Shown here one piece after another: positions 32,133-42,331 of a DNA stretch of 64,000 nucleotides; positions within the stretch are counted from its first letter, which is position 1; each line of letters begins with the position of its first letter. The stretch covers positions 32,001 to 96,000 of the forward strand of contig CAVTBV010000007.1 in assembly GCA_963733095.1 (NCBI GenBank). The letters are read 5' to 3'. The notes under the pieces were generated by a model. It did not search any database, had not been told where the DNA came from, and was given only the letters and a program-made list of their open reading frames with translations. The stretch is from Candidatus Bathyarchaeota archaeon (GTDB lineage Archaea > Thermoproteota > Bathyarchaeia > Bathyarchaeales > Bathycorpusculaceae). The translations under genes and the position numbers were made by a program.

Positions 32133-32340
32133 AGTTTTTTCCTGCCGAGAGAAAATACCTAATTCTGTTTTAAATATCGAGTGATTTTTAGATATTTTGC
32201 TTTCGCACTTTCGGTTTTTGCCTGTCTCTTAACCTTCCCTTGGAGCGCAAGAAAAGAGGAAAAACAAATTATGGAACAGACTTACACCATTAGAAGAACA
32301 ATCAAAACTTACCAATGCACTCAGACAGCACTGGTCTGGA

Positions 32341-32397
32341 TTTTATCTGTGCATGAAGAGTTCTTTTTTCCAGTGAACGTAGCCGTAGAAGGAAGCA
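32341..32397. repeat. Gene-end fragment shared with 59569..59625
   Basis: ttttatctgtgcatgaagagttcttttttcca(g/a)tgaa..tagccgtagaagg.agca. Confidence 0.85.
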
Positions 32398-32996
32398 GAA
32401 CCGTAGATGAAGTAGTGCAGCATGATCAGGGCGTTTCCAAGTGTGAATACTTTCTTGGTTGCTGTATAGAAATCAGTATGGTTCTTAGGAGTTGTTGGTT
32501 TGGTGTGGATTTGGCGCCAGAAGGGTGATCCAAACCTCAATTTACCCGTAAAACTCACTTTTAAAGCCGTTATTTGCATTTAGCAATAAAACAATCTGTG
32601 TTCAAATTCCAGGTTTTTTTTAAAATATTTAGCAAATCTTCAATTAATGGCACGGAATTCAAAGCGGATAAATTATTGGCTGGAGCGATTAAAACGTTTA
32701 CAAAGTGAGGCTTCTAAACAGTGAGAGTAATATATGCGTGCTTGTTTTCTTTTAACATGAAGCATAGAAGTGAAGACTTTGCTCTGAACTATGGATGAAT
32801 TTCTTTAACTTACCATGCTTAAAGCACGACATTCTAATATTAGAATATCATTGGAGTGGTAAATGATGATTCAACATATAAACCAACCAACCCAGATAGT
32901 TCATGGTCTTGAATCTGTTTCAAAACTGTTTCAGCGAACTATCTTATCACTCCAAGACATTAGTATATCATAATAATATAAAATGAGGTAAGAAAA

Positions 32997-33818
32997 ATGA
33001 AAACTTGGAAAATATTAACATTAGTTAGTGTGGCAGTTGTTGCAGCTGCCCTGCTAACCACATCTGCTTTGGCCTCAGGCCTAATGGGAATCCCAATCGG
33101 AGGATTTGGCGGAATGATGGGAGGAGGCTACGGCTACGGATACAATAACAACGGCAACTACAACAATTACAACGCGGCGCACTCAACCCAATACTACCAG
33201 CCAGTATACCCCTTCATGTTCGGAGGAGGCATGATGGGCAGACTAGGCAATGGCTATGGGTTCGGCGGAATGATGGGCAGCTATGGGTACGCTGAACCCT
33301 ACGCATACAATGGAGCGGAACTGAACATTTCCACTGCAGCAGCTATAGGACAAAACTATGTTGCATCAATTGGCAACCCTGACTTAGCAGTTAAAGAAGT
33401 CGAAGAGTACTCTGCCAACTTCTACGTTCAAGTTTATGAGAGAAGCACAGGCATAGGGGCTTTTGAGCTCTTGGTCGACAAGTACACCGGCAGCATCTAC
33501 CCAGAAATGGGCCCTAACATGATGTGGAACACCAAATACGGAATGATGAGAAGCGGAATCCTCGGCGGAATCTTTGGATCACCAACATCAACAATGCCCG
33601 TTTCCGCAGACCAAGCTAACATTGATGCACAGCAATGGCTAAACGCTAACATTCCTGGAGCTACGGTCGGAGAAGTCTTCCCATTCTACGGCTACTACCA
33701 CGTTATGGCTATGGTTAACGGTGCCAACTATGGAATGATGAGCGTCAACGGCTACAGCGGACAAGTCTGGTACCATACATGGCATGGAAGCTTCATACAA
33801 GATATAGACCTTAGCTAA
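32997..33818 (+). CDS. Secreted Gly/Met/Tyr-rich (GMMG) protein
   Basis: Signal peptide, repeated GGMMG, GPNMMWNTKYG, VWYHTWHG. Confidence 0.85.
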   Translation: MKTWKILTLVSVAVVAAALLTTSALASGLMGIPIGGFGGMMGGGYGYGYNNNGNYNNYNAAHSTQYYQPVYPFMFGGGMMGRLGNGYGFGGMMGSYGYAEPYAYNGAELNISTAAAIGQNYVASIGNPDLAVKEVEEYSANFYVQVYERSTGIGAFELLVDKYTGSIYPEMGPNMMWNTKYGMMRSGILGGIFGSPTSTMPVSADQANIDAQQWLNANIPGATVGEVFPFYGYYHVMAMVNGANYGMMSVNGYSGQVWYHTWHGSFIQDIDLS

Positions 33819-33914
33819 ACGAAGCTACACTAAGTCCCCTTCTCCATTTTTTGTTTATGAGAAACATAGAAGGCTGAAATTATGTTAGAAAATTCGAATA
33901 GAACGGAAACCTCA

Positions 33915-34265
33915 ATGACAAAAAAGGATTTCGACGTGTCAATCTACGATTTGCAAGCGGAGATTTCAAAAACACTATCTCATCCGCTGAGAATAGCTCT
34001 TTTGCATATCTTAAAGGATGGAGAAAAAACGGTTAATGAACTAGTTAATGTAGTAGGTGCAAGTCAATCTAATATTTCACAGCATTTAGCGTTAATGAGG
34101 CAAAGACAAATAGTTAAAACCCATAGAGTCGGCTCATCTGTCTATTACCGAGTGTCAAACCCCAAGATCTGCCAAGCCTGCGATACAATGCGAGAAGTGC
34201 TCATGGAGCAACTAAGCCAAAAACAAGAAATCGCAAACAACTATTCAAAACAAGGGATAATTTGA
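33915..34265 (+). CDS. ArsR/SmtB family transcriptional regulator
   Basis: LSHPLRIALL, SQSNISQHLALMR, VYYR. Confidence 0.93.
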   Translation: MTKKDFDVSIYDLQAEISKTLSHPLRIALLHILKDGEKTVNELVNVVGASQSNISQHLALMRQRQIVKTHRVGSSVYYRVSNPKICQACDTMREVLMEQLSQKQEIANNYSKQGII

Positions 34266-34267
34266 AA

Positions 34268-34429
34268 ATGGCACCTTTTGGTTTAGGTTGTGGTTGTGGC
34301 TCAGAGTCAAACGAGCAGAAGAAAGAGGTTCCTCGCGAAATTGTTATGATGCCTTGCAAATATTGTGGCGCACTTTTTCCTCAAACAGCGACGTTTTGCC
34401 CAAACTGTGGAGCTAAAAGAACCGCATAG
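34268..34429 (+). CDS. 53 aa zinc-ribbon protein
   Basis: MAPFGLGCGCG...PCKYCGA....ATFCPNCGA; manual translation. Confidence 0.75.
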   Translation: MAPFGLGCGCGSESNEQKKEVPREIVMMPCKYCGALFPQTATFCPNCGAKRTA

Positions 34430-34471
34430 TTATTTAGCATAAACTTGGTTTAACATGTAGGAGATGTTTGT

Positions 34472-35221
34472 TTGTCGAATTTTAAATTCCTCTCATCACT
34501 TGTAGTGGCTTTAGTTATTTTGGTAGCCTTAGCCCTTCCTGTTTTTGCAATCCAATACAATCCGGGAGTTACAGAAGGTCAATACGTAAAGTATGGTAAC
34601 TTTGTTGGAAGTGGACCCGGTTATGAATCTTTCATCGATTATGGTTTTCTAAATCTTCAAGTGGTAAGCGTGTCTGGTAACACGGTAACATTGCTTTCAA
34701 CTGGGCAATTCAAAAATGGAACAGCCCTTCCGGGTAATAACACTACAGATATTTGGAACCTTGAAACTGGGACTGACAATGGAACTCCAAGCACTCAAGG
34801 ACCAATTATAGCTGCTAATCTCAACCAAGGCGACGGCATACCTCCGCCAAACACCTACTCTGTTAATCAAACAGTTAGCAGAACCTACTTGGGAGTTGAA
34901 AGAAGCGTTAATATTCTTAATGTTGCAGTTTCAACTCCTGATTACAACTCAACATTGACTTATGTATATGACAAGCTTTCTGGAATGTTATTGGATGCAA
35001 CATCTACGACAACTACTCAAGCCCAACCATCGCCCGTAACATCAACCTACTCCTATAGCATAATTGAAACTAACATTTTTTCATCCACAGGTCCGTCTCC
35101 TACTGTTCCGGAATTTTCTAGTAACATCTTAGCCTTTGCATTGGTGATAGTTTTGGTATTTGCTTCTGGCACGATTGTTCTGCTTAGAAAAAGAACTAAA
35201 AACAAAAATATGTATCCATGA
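34472..35221 (+). CDS. Surface protein with PEF-CTERM-like sorting signal
   Basis: Signal peptide; VPEFS plus TM plus basic tail. Confidence 0.85.
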   Translation: MSNFKFLSSLVVALVILVALALPVFAIQYNPGVTEGQYVKYGNFVGSGPGYESFIDYGFLNLQVVSVSGNTVTLLSTGQFKNGTALPGNNTTDIWNLETGTDNGTPSTQGPIIAANLNQGDGIPPPNTYSVNQTVSRTYLGVERSVNILNVAVSTPDYNSTLTYVYDKLSGMLLDATSTTTTQAQPSPVTSTYSYSIIETNIFSSTGPSPTVPEFSSNILAFALVIVLVFASGTIVLLRKRTKNKNMYP

Positions 35222-35290
35222 CCTTTCGTTTTGTGATCTGTGGTCTGGAACTTTGTTTTTGGGTATCATTGAGGTACATTTGAATGAGTA

Positions 35291-35590
35291 CTAAGTGGAT
35301 CCAGTTTTATGGACTGTTTGGCTGTTACTAGTTTTGTCTATGGACACATAACTTTTGAATCCTGTTTTGTCTATTGCTTTTCGAATAATTGATGAATCTA
35401 CGAGTTTTGGGTCATAGTCTATGAAAACTTTGTTGAGCATAATGGCAGGTTCGACACCCTTTATTCCGTTTATTTTCATCACCTGTTTTTGAATAGCCGT
35501 TGCGCAAACACTGCAGTTTATTTCGCTTACGGAAACGATCATTCGAGCGTTGTCTTTTTTCTCTTCATTTTTCGCGTTGTTCATTTTCAT
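35291..35590 (-). CDS. Heavy-metal-associated (HMA) chaperone
   Basis: INCSVCA...GI...IDYD...AIDKTGF. Confidence 0.85.
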   Translation of the reverse strand: MKMNNAKNEEKKDNARMIVSVSEINCSVCATAIQKQVMKINGIKGVEPAIMLNKVFIDYDPKLVDSSIIRKAIDKTGFKSYVSIDKTSNSQTVHKTGST

Positions 35591-35628
35591 GTCCTTCTGT
35601 AATTTTCGAATTTCATGGAGTTAAGGTC

Positions 35629-37713
35629 TTAGAAATCAGGCTTGAACCTCTCTAGTAGAAGTGAATTGCTGATTACTGTCACGGAGCTGAGAGCCATCGC
35701 TCCTGCAGCAAGAAAAGGTAGGACTGTGTAAACTTGCACGCCAAAGAAGGGGACTAGTGCTCCTGCAGCTATGGGAATTAGTGCTCCGTTGTATATGAAC
35801 GCCCAGAACAAGTTTTGTTTAATCTTTCTAACTGTGCTTTTGCTAAGTTTTATTGCGATAACAACATCTCGGAGGTCTTCTTTGACGAGAACTATCCCGC
35901 CTGTTTCTTTCGCAACATCAGTTCCGCTGCCTATCGCTATCCCTACATCCGCTTTGGCTAAAGCCGGAGCATCGTTTATCCCGTCTCCAACCATCGCCAC
36001 TATCTTTCCTTCAGTTTGAAGTTTTTCGATAACAGCTTCTTTTTGCTGTGGCAAAACCTCTGCGAAGACTCTGTCAATGTCAAGTTTTCGAGCTATTGAT
36101 TTAGCTGTACGTTCATTATCGCCTGTAAGCATGATTACATCTATATGCATTTTCTTGAGTTCTTCAATGGCTTCTTTTGCATGTTTTTTGAGAGTGTCTG
36201 CTGCTGCTATTATTCCTTCTAGTTCACCGTCGACCACCAGGAACATTAGTGTCTTGCCGTCTTCTTCAAATTCTCTTATTTTGTTTTCATATTTTGAGAG
36301 ATCAAAGGACATTTCAGTCATGAGTTTTCTGTTTCCCAAAACGACATTTCGGTCTTGGATTTTGGCTTGGACTCCTTTGCCTGGAATCGCTTCAAATTCA
36401 GATGGATCGATTGTTGTCAAAGATCGTGCTGAAGCTTCTTTGGCGACAGCTTCTGCCAATGGGTGCTCTGAGCCTTTTTCAACTGATGCTGCGAGCATTA
36501 TGATGGTATCGGCGTCGGTTTTGGCAGTGGGTAGTACGTTTGTAACGGATGGCTGTCCGACAGTTAGCGTGCCTGTCTTGTCAAAAACTACAGCTGATAC
36601 TTTGCGGGCAATTTCAAGGTAATCTCCACTTTTAATTAATACGCCGTTTTGTGCGCCTTTGCTTGTGCCTACGAGGAGAGCAGCGGGCGTTGCAACTCCA
36701 AGTGCGCATGGACAAGCGATCACAGTTACTGAAACAAATACCAACAAGGAAAACTGCAAACCTATGTTTCCAATGAAGTACCACGATAAAGCTGCCGCAA
36801 ACGCCACGATAGTTACGAATGGTACAAAGTACGCTGCCACTTGGTCAGCGATTTTTTGAATGGGTGCCTTGCCGATTTGTGCTTCTTCTACTAGTTTGAC
36901 TATCTGTGAGAGAGTTGTGTCTTGACCGACTTGTGTAGCTTGGACTTTTAACAAGCCGGTTTTGTTGATTGTTCCGCCTATTACCTGGTTGCCTTTACTT
37001 TTTTCTACTGGAATGCTTTCGCCTGTAATCATAGATTGATCGATTGATGAGTGTCCTTCCGCGACGGTGCCATCTACGGGTAGCCTTTCCCCGGGGCGAA
37101 CGATGAATATGTCGCCTACTTCGATCTGTTCAACGGCAATTTCAATTTCTTTTCCCTCTCTCACTACATGAGCGAGTTTAGGCTGCATATCCATAAGTTT
37201 CCTAACGGCCTCTGATGCTCTGCCCTTGCTTAGGTGCTCGAGGTATCGGCCTGCGAGAATCAAAGTTACTATGGCTGCTGCAGTGTCGAAGAAGACTGCG
37301 GTGTACGATAATAAGGAGGGGAAGAAGGTGACGACTGTGCTGTATACCCAAGCGGCGCTTGTGCCTAAAGCGATTAAGGAATCCATATTTCCCATTCGAT
37401 TGCGGATAGCATCAATTGTTCCATGGTAGAAGCGCAAACCAAAATAGAATTGAATTGGCAAGTCAAGGGCAAAAAGCACATAGTTATTGATACGCATTGG
37501 CAAAAGAGCTACAAATGTCAAAATAATTATGGGAATGGTGAGAGCAGCGCCTACGCCAACCGCGATTTTTAGCTTCCTTATTTCAATCTCAGGCGATAGA
37601 AACTCTTGCATACATGTGTGACTGCAGAAATAGTATGTTGTTCCTCTAACGGTTGTTTTAAATTCGGCCGTTTTTTCATCTACATACATTCCACAAATAG
37701 GGTCCTTTGCCAA
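35629..37713 (-). CDS. copA: P1B-1 copper-exporting ATPase with N-terminal YHS/TRASH domain
   Basis: DPICGM..YYFCS..C, TGES, CPC, DKTGT, GDGIND, YN, MALSS. Confidence 0.95.
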   Translation of the reverse strand: MAKDPICGMYVDEKTAEFKTTVRGTTYYFCSHTCMQEFLSPEIEIRKLKIAVGVGAALTIPIIILTFVALLPMRINNYVLFALDLPIQFYFGLRFYHGTIDAIRNRMGNMDSLIALGTSAAWVYSTVVTFFPSLLSYTAVFFDTAAAIVTLILAGRYLEHLSKGRASEAVRKLMDMQPKLAHVVREGKEIEIAVEQIEVGDIFIVRPGERLPVDGTVAEGHSSIDQSMITGESIPVEKSKGNQVIGGTINKTGLLKVQATQVGQDTTLSQIVKLVEEAQIGKAPIQKIADQVAAYFVPFVTIVAFAAALSWYFIGNIGLQFSLLVFVSVTVIACPCALGVATPAALLVGTSKGAQNGVLIKSGDYLEIARKVSAVVFDKTGTLTVGQPSVTNVLPTAKTDADTIIMLAASVEKGSEHPLAEAVAKEASARSLTTIDPSEFEAIPGKGVQAKIQDRNVVLGNRKLMTEMSFDLSKYENKIREFEEDGKTLMFLVVDGELEGIIAAADTLKKHAKEAIEELKKMHIDVIMLTGDNERTAKSIARKLDIDRVFAEVLPQQKEAVIEKLQTEGKIVAMVGDGINDAPALAKADVGIAIGSGTDVAKETGGIVLVKEDLRDVVIAIKLSKSTVRKIKQNLFWAFIYNGALIPIAAGALVPFFGVQVYTVLPFLAAGAMALSSVTVISNSLLLERFKPDF

Positions 37714-37926
37714 TTAAAAGTCGCCTTAACAATCTATAGTAAAGGCTATGCTTATTCTTAAATAAAATGCTCAGCAATCCATCTTGATAGGAATTTTTTT
37801 CCGATACAAGCTAGAATTAATTGCAAAAGAACTAAGAACGAAAATCTTGAAGAGATACGTTTATTCGTGCTGTTGAGACTGATAATTTAACTTAATATTT
37901 TGATCTGAGCAAGGAGGTGGAGTGAT

Positions 37927-38070
37927 ATGGTTAAAGACCCTGTTTGCAAAATGGATGTTGATGAGAAAACTGCAAAATTCAAATCTGACTTTAAAGATAA
38001 GACATATTATTTCTGTAGCTCCTCATGCAAAACAAATTTTGATAAAAATCCTACCAAATATGTAAAGTAA
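37927..38070 (+). CDS. YHS/TRASH domain metallochaperone
   Basis: MVKDPVCKMDVDE...YYFCSSSCK..FDKNP.KY; GGAGGTG upstream; manual translation. Confidence 0.88.
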   Translation: MVKDPVCKMDVDEKTAKFKSDFKDKTYYFCSSSCKTNFDKNPTKYVK

Positions 38071-38184
38071 CGAATTTGTAGGCGATTTTCCAAATTAACT
38101 TAGTTTACTATATGTGCTGAAAGAAAAATACAATGCCAATTAAATTCATTAAGCGAATCCTCATTTTTCCTTAAAAGCTTGAAA

Positions 38185-38207
38185 CGTGCGCGCTGGGACT
38201 CGAACCC
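38185..38207 (-). repeat. tRNA 3'-half remnant
   Basis: Reverse complement GGGTTCGAGTCCCAGCGCGCACG. Confidence 0.7.
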
Positions 38208-38382
38208 TAAAACTTTGTTTCCGGTATCTATTCGCGAGAGAATTCAACAGGAAACGACGATAAAACGACGATTAACCTAATTTCAGGTTAATAATACATA
38301 AGCAAATGCAATGGTTAACAGGTTAAAGGGTTTAGAAGATTCCCCTCGAAAACTTTGTGGATGCGGAGCAAAGATTTCTGTG

Positions 38383-38443
38383 TCATTACCTGTCGCGTCA
38401 AAACTGGAGGCTAAATCTGTGTTTATGGTGCAGACGGGTTTTC
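38383..38443. repeat. Repeat F, shared with 50872..50931
   Basis: aaactggaggct..atctg.g.tt.tggtgcagacgggttttc. Confidence 0.8.
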
Positions 38444-38722
38444 TTTGTTTTTACAGTTTATTAAATTGTTTCAGCATAAAGCAACCATTTTAGCGGTCTT
38501 GGGGATGAATTAGGGCAAGTTTTGGGGTCAATATTGAAATACACCTTAATATCTGCTTCCAATACATAATAATTGAGGCTGCAAAAGGCTCCGACAACCA
38601 GAAAATTAAGGGGTTGCATTTTCCCCTTTCTCCTTCTCAAAGTGGTTAAGAGCCAAAGCAGCCCCCCTTCCCAAATAAACTTTTACACTCATATAGCGGG
38701 TTGGTCATCTCTGGTTTATTTA
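38444..38722. repeat. Non-coding repeat A, copy 2 (truncated)
   Basis: Near-identical to the corresponding part of 47867..48186. Confidence 0.92.
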
Positions 38723-38835
38723 GCGCGCTCATTGTCTGTTATACAGGCCACAAACAAAAACAATTTCGGCTCTTTTTGTTTTGTAATGTGCCCATACAGA
38801 TTCTTTTGTGATTCTAACATAAGACAACTCAACAA

Positions 38836-38918
38836 CAAATTGGCTAAAGATATACCATGGCTAAACTAACCCAATAAAATTGGGGTCATTCACTACGCGA
38901 GTTGTCTTACTTTTTAAG
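38836..38918. repeat. Repeat D, shared with 54550..54632
   Basis: aaattggct.aagatataccatggctaaacta...ggggtcattcactacgcgagttgtct.actttttaag. Confidence 0.88.
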
Positions 38919-38927
38919 GCTCCTCTT

Positions 38928-38984
38928 GAGGTTCAAATCCCAGCGGACCCGCCATTGGATTCGCTTAAAACATTAAACGAATCC
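38928..38984 (+). repeat. tRNA 3'-half remnant ending CCA, followed by an 11-6-11 palindrome
   Basis: GAGGTTCAAATCCCAGCGGACCCGCCA, then GGATTCGCTTA-AAACAT-TAAACGAATCC. Confidence 0.8.
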
Positions 38985-39005
38985 TTTTGAAGTTTTTAAG
39001 GTTCT

Positions 39006-41294
39006 TTACTGTTTGGCTTTTGGGGGCAAACGAATAAAGAAAGTGGTTCCTTTGCCTTCTTGGCTATCAAAAGAGACGGTGCCCCCTAACGCTTCAGTCA
39101 TGCGCTTAATCACAGGTAAGCCGAAGCCTTGACCTTTGGATTTTGTCGTCATCATTGGTGTAAATAGTTTAGGTTTGATTGCTTCTGGTATTCCCACACC
39201 CGTGTCTTTGACGGTTATAAGCACGTCGTCCGCTTCTTTGTAAGCACGTATGGTTAGTTTTCCGCCTTTGGGCATGGCTTGAACGGCGTTAGTGACCAAG
39301 TTGTTCATTATGCGATGTATGAAAGTGGAGTCAGCAAAAACTTTTTTTGCCTCGCTTTCCACGTTAACGGTTACTTTAATGTTCTCGGGTAAACCGTTCT
39401 TTTTCAACAACTCATCAATTATCAGTTTCACGTCAATTTCTTCAGCATTCGGTCTAAGCGGTCGGGCAAAATCTTGAAGATCCGCCACAATCTTGTTGAT
39501 GTAATCGGCGTTCTTTTCAATTTCTGTCAGACATTCTAATGCATTCTTTTTCTCCTCACTCTCAGGAATCGAAGCTAATTCCGTCTTAACCAAGTAGACA
39601 TCACCGGTTATAGCCTGCAGCGGATTGCGAATATCATGCCCAACCATACCGGCAGTAGCGCCAATAGCAGCTAAACGCTCAGCATCTTTCAACTGAGCGG
39701 CTCTTTTCTCTGCAAGCTCCTCCATTTGATTAGCATACTCTTCAACTCGAACAGCAGACTCCTCAAGTTTAATCTGCAACTCTTTTCGGTCAGTAACATC
39801 CACATTTGACTCTAACAGCTCAATAATTGTGCCGCCTGCACCAAATTTGCCCAACCAATAACTCTGCACAATCATTCTGTTTCCATTAGCGCATGTGTGG
39901 ACAATTTCGCCGGACCATTCACCGTCTAGCTTGAGCTTGTTTAGGATCTCATCCAGTGGTTGTGGGAATTCCGTTTTTAAGAGGGTGTTGATGTTTTGTC
40001 CAATGGCTTCTTCTTTGCTCCAACCGTACAGTTTCTCCGCACCTTTACTCCAGAAACTGATGGCGCCCTCAAGCTTTCTGACAATAATGGCGTCGGGACT
40101 AAGATCAATAAGTTCAGCTTGCCTTGCCGTAGCTTCCTCTACTCTCTTGCGCTCGGTGATGTCTCGAAATACGAGGACGACGCCCGTGGTTTTACCGTCT
40201 TTGTCTTTTATGGGTGCTCCGCTATCGTCGATTGGAACTTCCGCGCCGTTTTTTTGTATCAAGACAGTATGGTTTGCCAATCCAACAACCGCACCTTCTT
40301 TGAGAACTTTGGATATTGGGTTTTCAGCTTCTTGGCGTGTTTGCTCGTTGATGATGTTGAATACTGTCTTCATCGATTCTTTTGAAGCCTCATTTAGCTT
40401 CCAACCTGTCAGTTCTTCAGCTTCGCCATTCATGAATAGGATTTTTCCTGAAGTATCAGTGGCTATTACTGCGTCTCCGATGCTTGCCAGAGTAGTTGCC
40501 CAGCGTTGCTCACTCTGTTGTAGAGAAGCTTGAGCCTGTTCCAATTCAGTTTTGGAGGCGGTCACGGTTTTCAAATTAGTTGTCATTTTGTTGAAAGATC
40601 GTGATAATTCTCCGATTTCGTCATTTCTGTTTTCAGGAAGTTTGAAGTTCAAGTTGCCTGATCCTATGATAGCTGAACCAGCTTGCAGGTCTGATATCGA
40701 TTTGAGAGTGCGCCGAAAAGCCTGAAGGTATATAACTGCAATAAAAGCTAAGAATGCTCCTATCATGACAAAAATTAATGCTAGATTTATTGTGTTGAGT
40801 TGGTTTTCCTGGACGTTAAGTAAGGTCGACAGTTGTGAAGCATCCGATATTACTGCTTGACTTTGAATGGATATGCGGCTCCAAGATACCTGGAGCGTTG
40901 ATAATTCTTCATTTGGGTTTGACGTTAGATTCTGAGAATTTTCCACCGACGAAACTATACTGTTAAACACCACTTGCATATTTTGTTGATTAACTTGTAT
41001 GTCATGTACTAGCGCTTGCTGCCGTGGGGTATTTAGGCTTAAGTTGCCAATGTAGTTGGAAAGCGATGAATAGCTTGCTTGCCATTGGATAAGCTGTGTT
41101 TCAGAGTGGTAAAAAACGTAATCACTTGAGAGATAAGTTAGTTCAGTGGAGGCTTGCACAATGCTGTGGGCGAGGCTTTGTTGCATTCGAGTTGCGCTGG
41201 ATTGTTGAGAGGTAATTACTATCGATGACCCGATAACAACCAGTGCCAAGCTAAAGACGATGAGAATAATTTTGAATTGACTTGTAATTCGCAT
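39006..41294 (-). CDS. Membrane sensor histidine kinase (HAMP, two PAS)
   Basis: DEIGELSRSFN HAMP, two PAS, H-box GHDIRNPL, N/G boxes. Confidence 0.95.
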   Translation of the reverse strand: MRITSQFKIILIVFSLALVVIGSSIVITSQQSSATRMQQSLAHSIVQASTELTYLSSDYVFYHSETQLIQWQASYSSLSNYIGNLSLNTPRQQALVHDIQVNQQNMQVVFNSIVSSVENSQNLTSNPNEELSTLQVSWSRISIQSQAVISDASQLSTLLNVQENQLNTINLALIFVMIGAFLAFIAVIYLQAFRRTLKSISDLQAGSAIIGSGNLNFKLPENRNDEIGELSRSFNKMTTNLKTVTASKTELEQAQASLQQSEQRWATTLASIGDAVIATDTSGKILFMNGEAEELTGWKLNEASKESMKTVFNIINEQTRQEAENPISKVLKEGAVVGLANHTVLIQKNGAEVPIDDSGAPIKDKDGKTTGVVLVFRDITERKRVEEATARQAELIDLSPDAIIVRKLEGAISFWSKGAEKLYGWSKEEAIGQNINTLLKTEFPQPLDEILNKLKLDGEWSGEIVHTCANGNRMIVQSYWLGKFGAGGTIIELLESNVDVTDRKELQIKLEESAVRVEEYANQMEELAEKRAAQLKDAERLAAIGATAGMVGHDIRNPLQAITGDVYLVKTELASIPESEEKKNALECLTEIEKNADYINKIVADLQDFARPLRPNAEEIDVKLIIDELLKKNGLPENIKVTVNVESEAKKVFADSTFIHRIMNNLVTNAVQAMPKGGKLTIRAYKEADDVLITVKDTGVGIPEAIKPKLFTPMMTTKSKGQGFGLPVIKRMTEALGGTVSFDSQEGKGTTFFIRLPPKAKQ

Positions 41295-41304
41295 TGCTCT
41301 TTGC

Positions 41305-42321
41305 CTACTTAATGATTGTAACTGATTGGGGGTCCACAGTTTCAAGACCGGTGGTGTATATGTAGTTTGTGAAGTTGGGAATTTGCGTTTGATTAGTAAG
41401 ATGGTTGTTTATCATCCATTGAGCCTCGTCCTGCATAGCTATAACAAGTGACTGATCCAAGGAAAGGGCAAAGGAATTGTCTGGCCAATCCTGCAATGTA
41501 TATGCACTAGTGTAATTTGAGTCGTTTTGGAATATCGTTTTTGCCTCATCTGGATTGTTAATTGCGTATTCTTCTGCTTGCTTGAGTGATTTTAAGAGTC
41601 CGACTATTGCATCAGAATGACTGGATATCCAATCATTTCTGCACGATACAAGCCAAAAAGCAGTTTGTCCATTTTGCAATTGTAAACTGATGAAGTCACT
41701 TCCTAATAGCTTCTGAACCTGGCTAAAATAGACGTCCTGAGCTACAAAAGCGTCTACTGTACCATTCAAAAGGGAATTGACAGATTGCGAAAGAGGAATA
41801 TTAACCTCAGTTACATTCGTTATATTAATGCCGTTTAGGTTAAGATACCTGCCGAGATAAAATTCTAGTAACGTTCCTTGAGTTACCCCAATTTTCTTTC
41901 CTATAAGGCTTGTTGCGTTTTCGATTCCGCTGCTTTTTTTACCTATTACGCAGATATTCTGAAATGCATCGATATTTCCTAAAATGCTGATGTTGGCATT
42001 GTTGAACGATCGTGAAACAATCGGATACTCCGTGGATATCGAAACATCCGCTTTATTGTTTATCAAGCCAGTTAACGCTGCTGACCCTGAATCGTAATCT
42101 TGAATTATAACATTTAAGCCATTAGCTGCAAAGAACCCTTGATTTTCCGCGACGAAGATTAATTCCGATTGACCTGTGGATTCTTTTCCAATTATTAAAG
42201 GCTCAAGTTTTTGGTTTAAATTGTTAGTTAAAATGAAAAACGAAGCAGTAATAATCAGAATTAAAAGAATAACAGCGGCTGTTCCGATTGCAATATTTCT
42301 CTTGTTCATTTTTGCGTTCAT
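41305..42321 (-). CDS. SsuA/NMT1/THI5-like substrate-binding protein
   Basis: FVAENQGFFAANGLNV, GKKIGVTQGT; N-terminal anchor. Confidence 0.9.
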   Translation of the reverse strand: MNAKMNKRNIAIGTAAVILLILIITASFFILTNNLNQKLEPLIIGKESTGQSELIFVAENQGFFAANGLNVIIQDYDSGSAALTGLINNKADVSISTEYPIVSRSFNNANISILGNIDAFQNICVIGKKSSGIENATSLIGKKIGVTQGTLLEFYLGRYLNLNGINITNVTEVNIPLSQSVNSLLNGTVDAFVAQDVYFSQVQKLLGSDFISLQLQNGQTAFWLVSCRNDWISSHSDAIVGLLKSLKQAEEYAINNPDEAKTIFQNDSNYTSAYTLQDWPDNSFALSLDQSLVIAMQDEAQWMINNHLTNQTQIPNFTNYIYTTGLETVDPQSVTIIK

Positions 42322-42331
42322 TTTTTTGACC

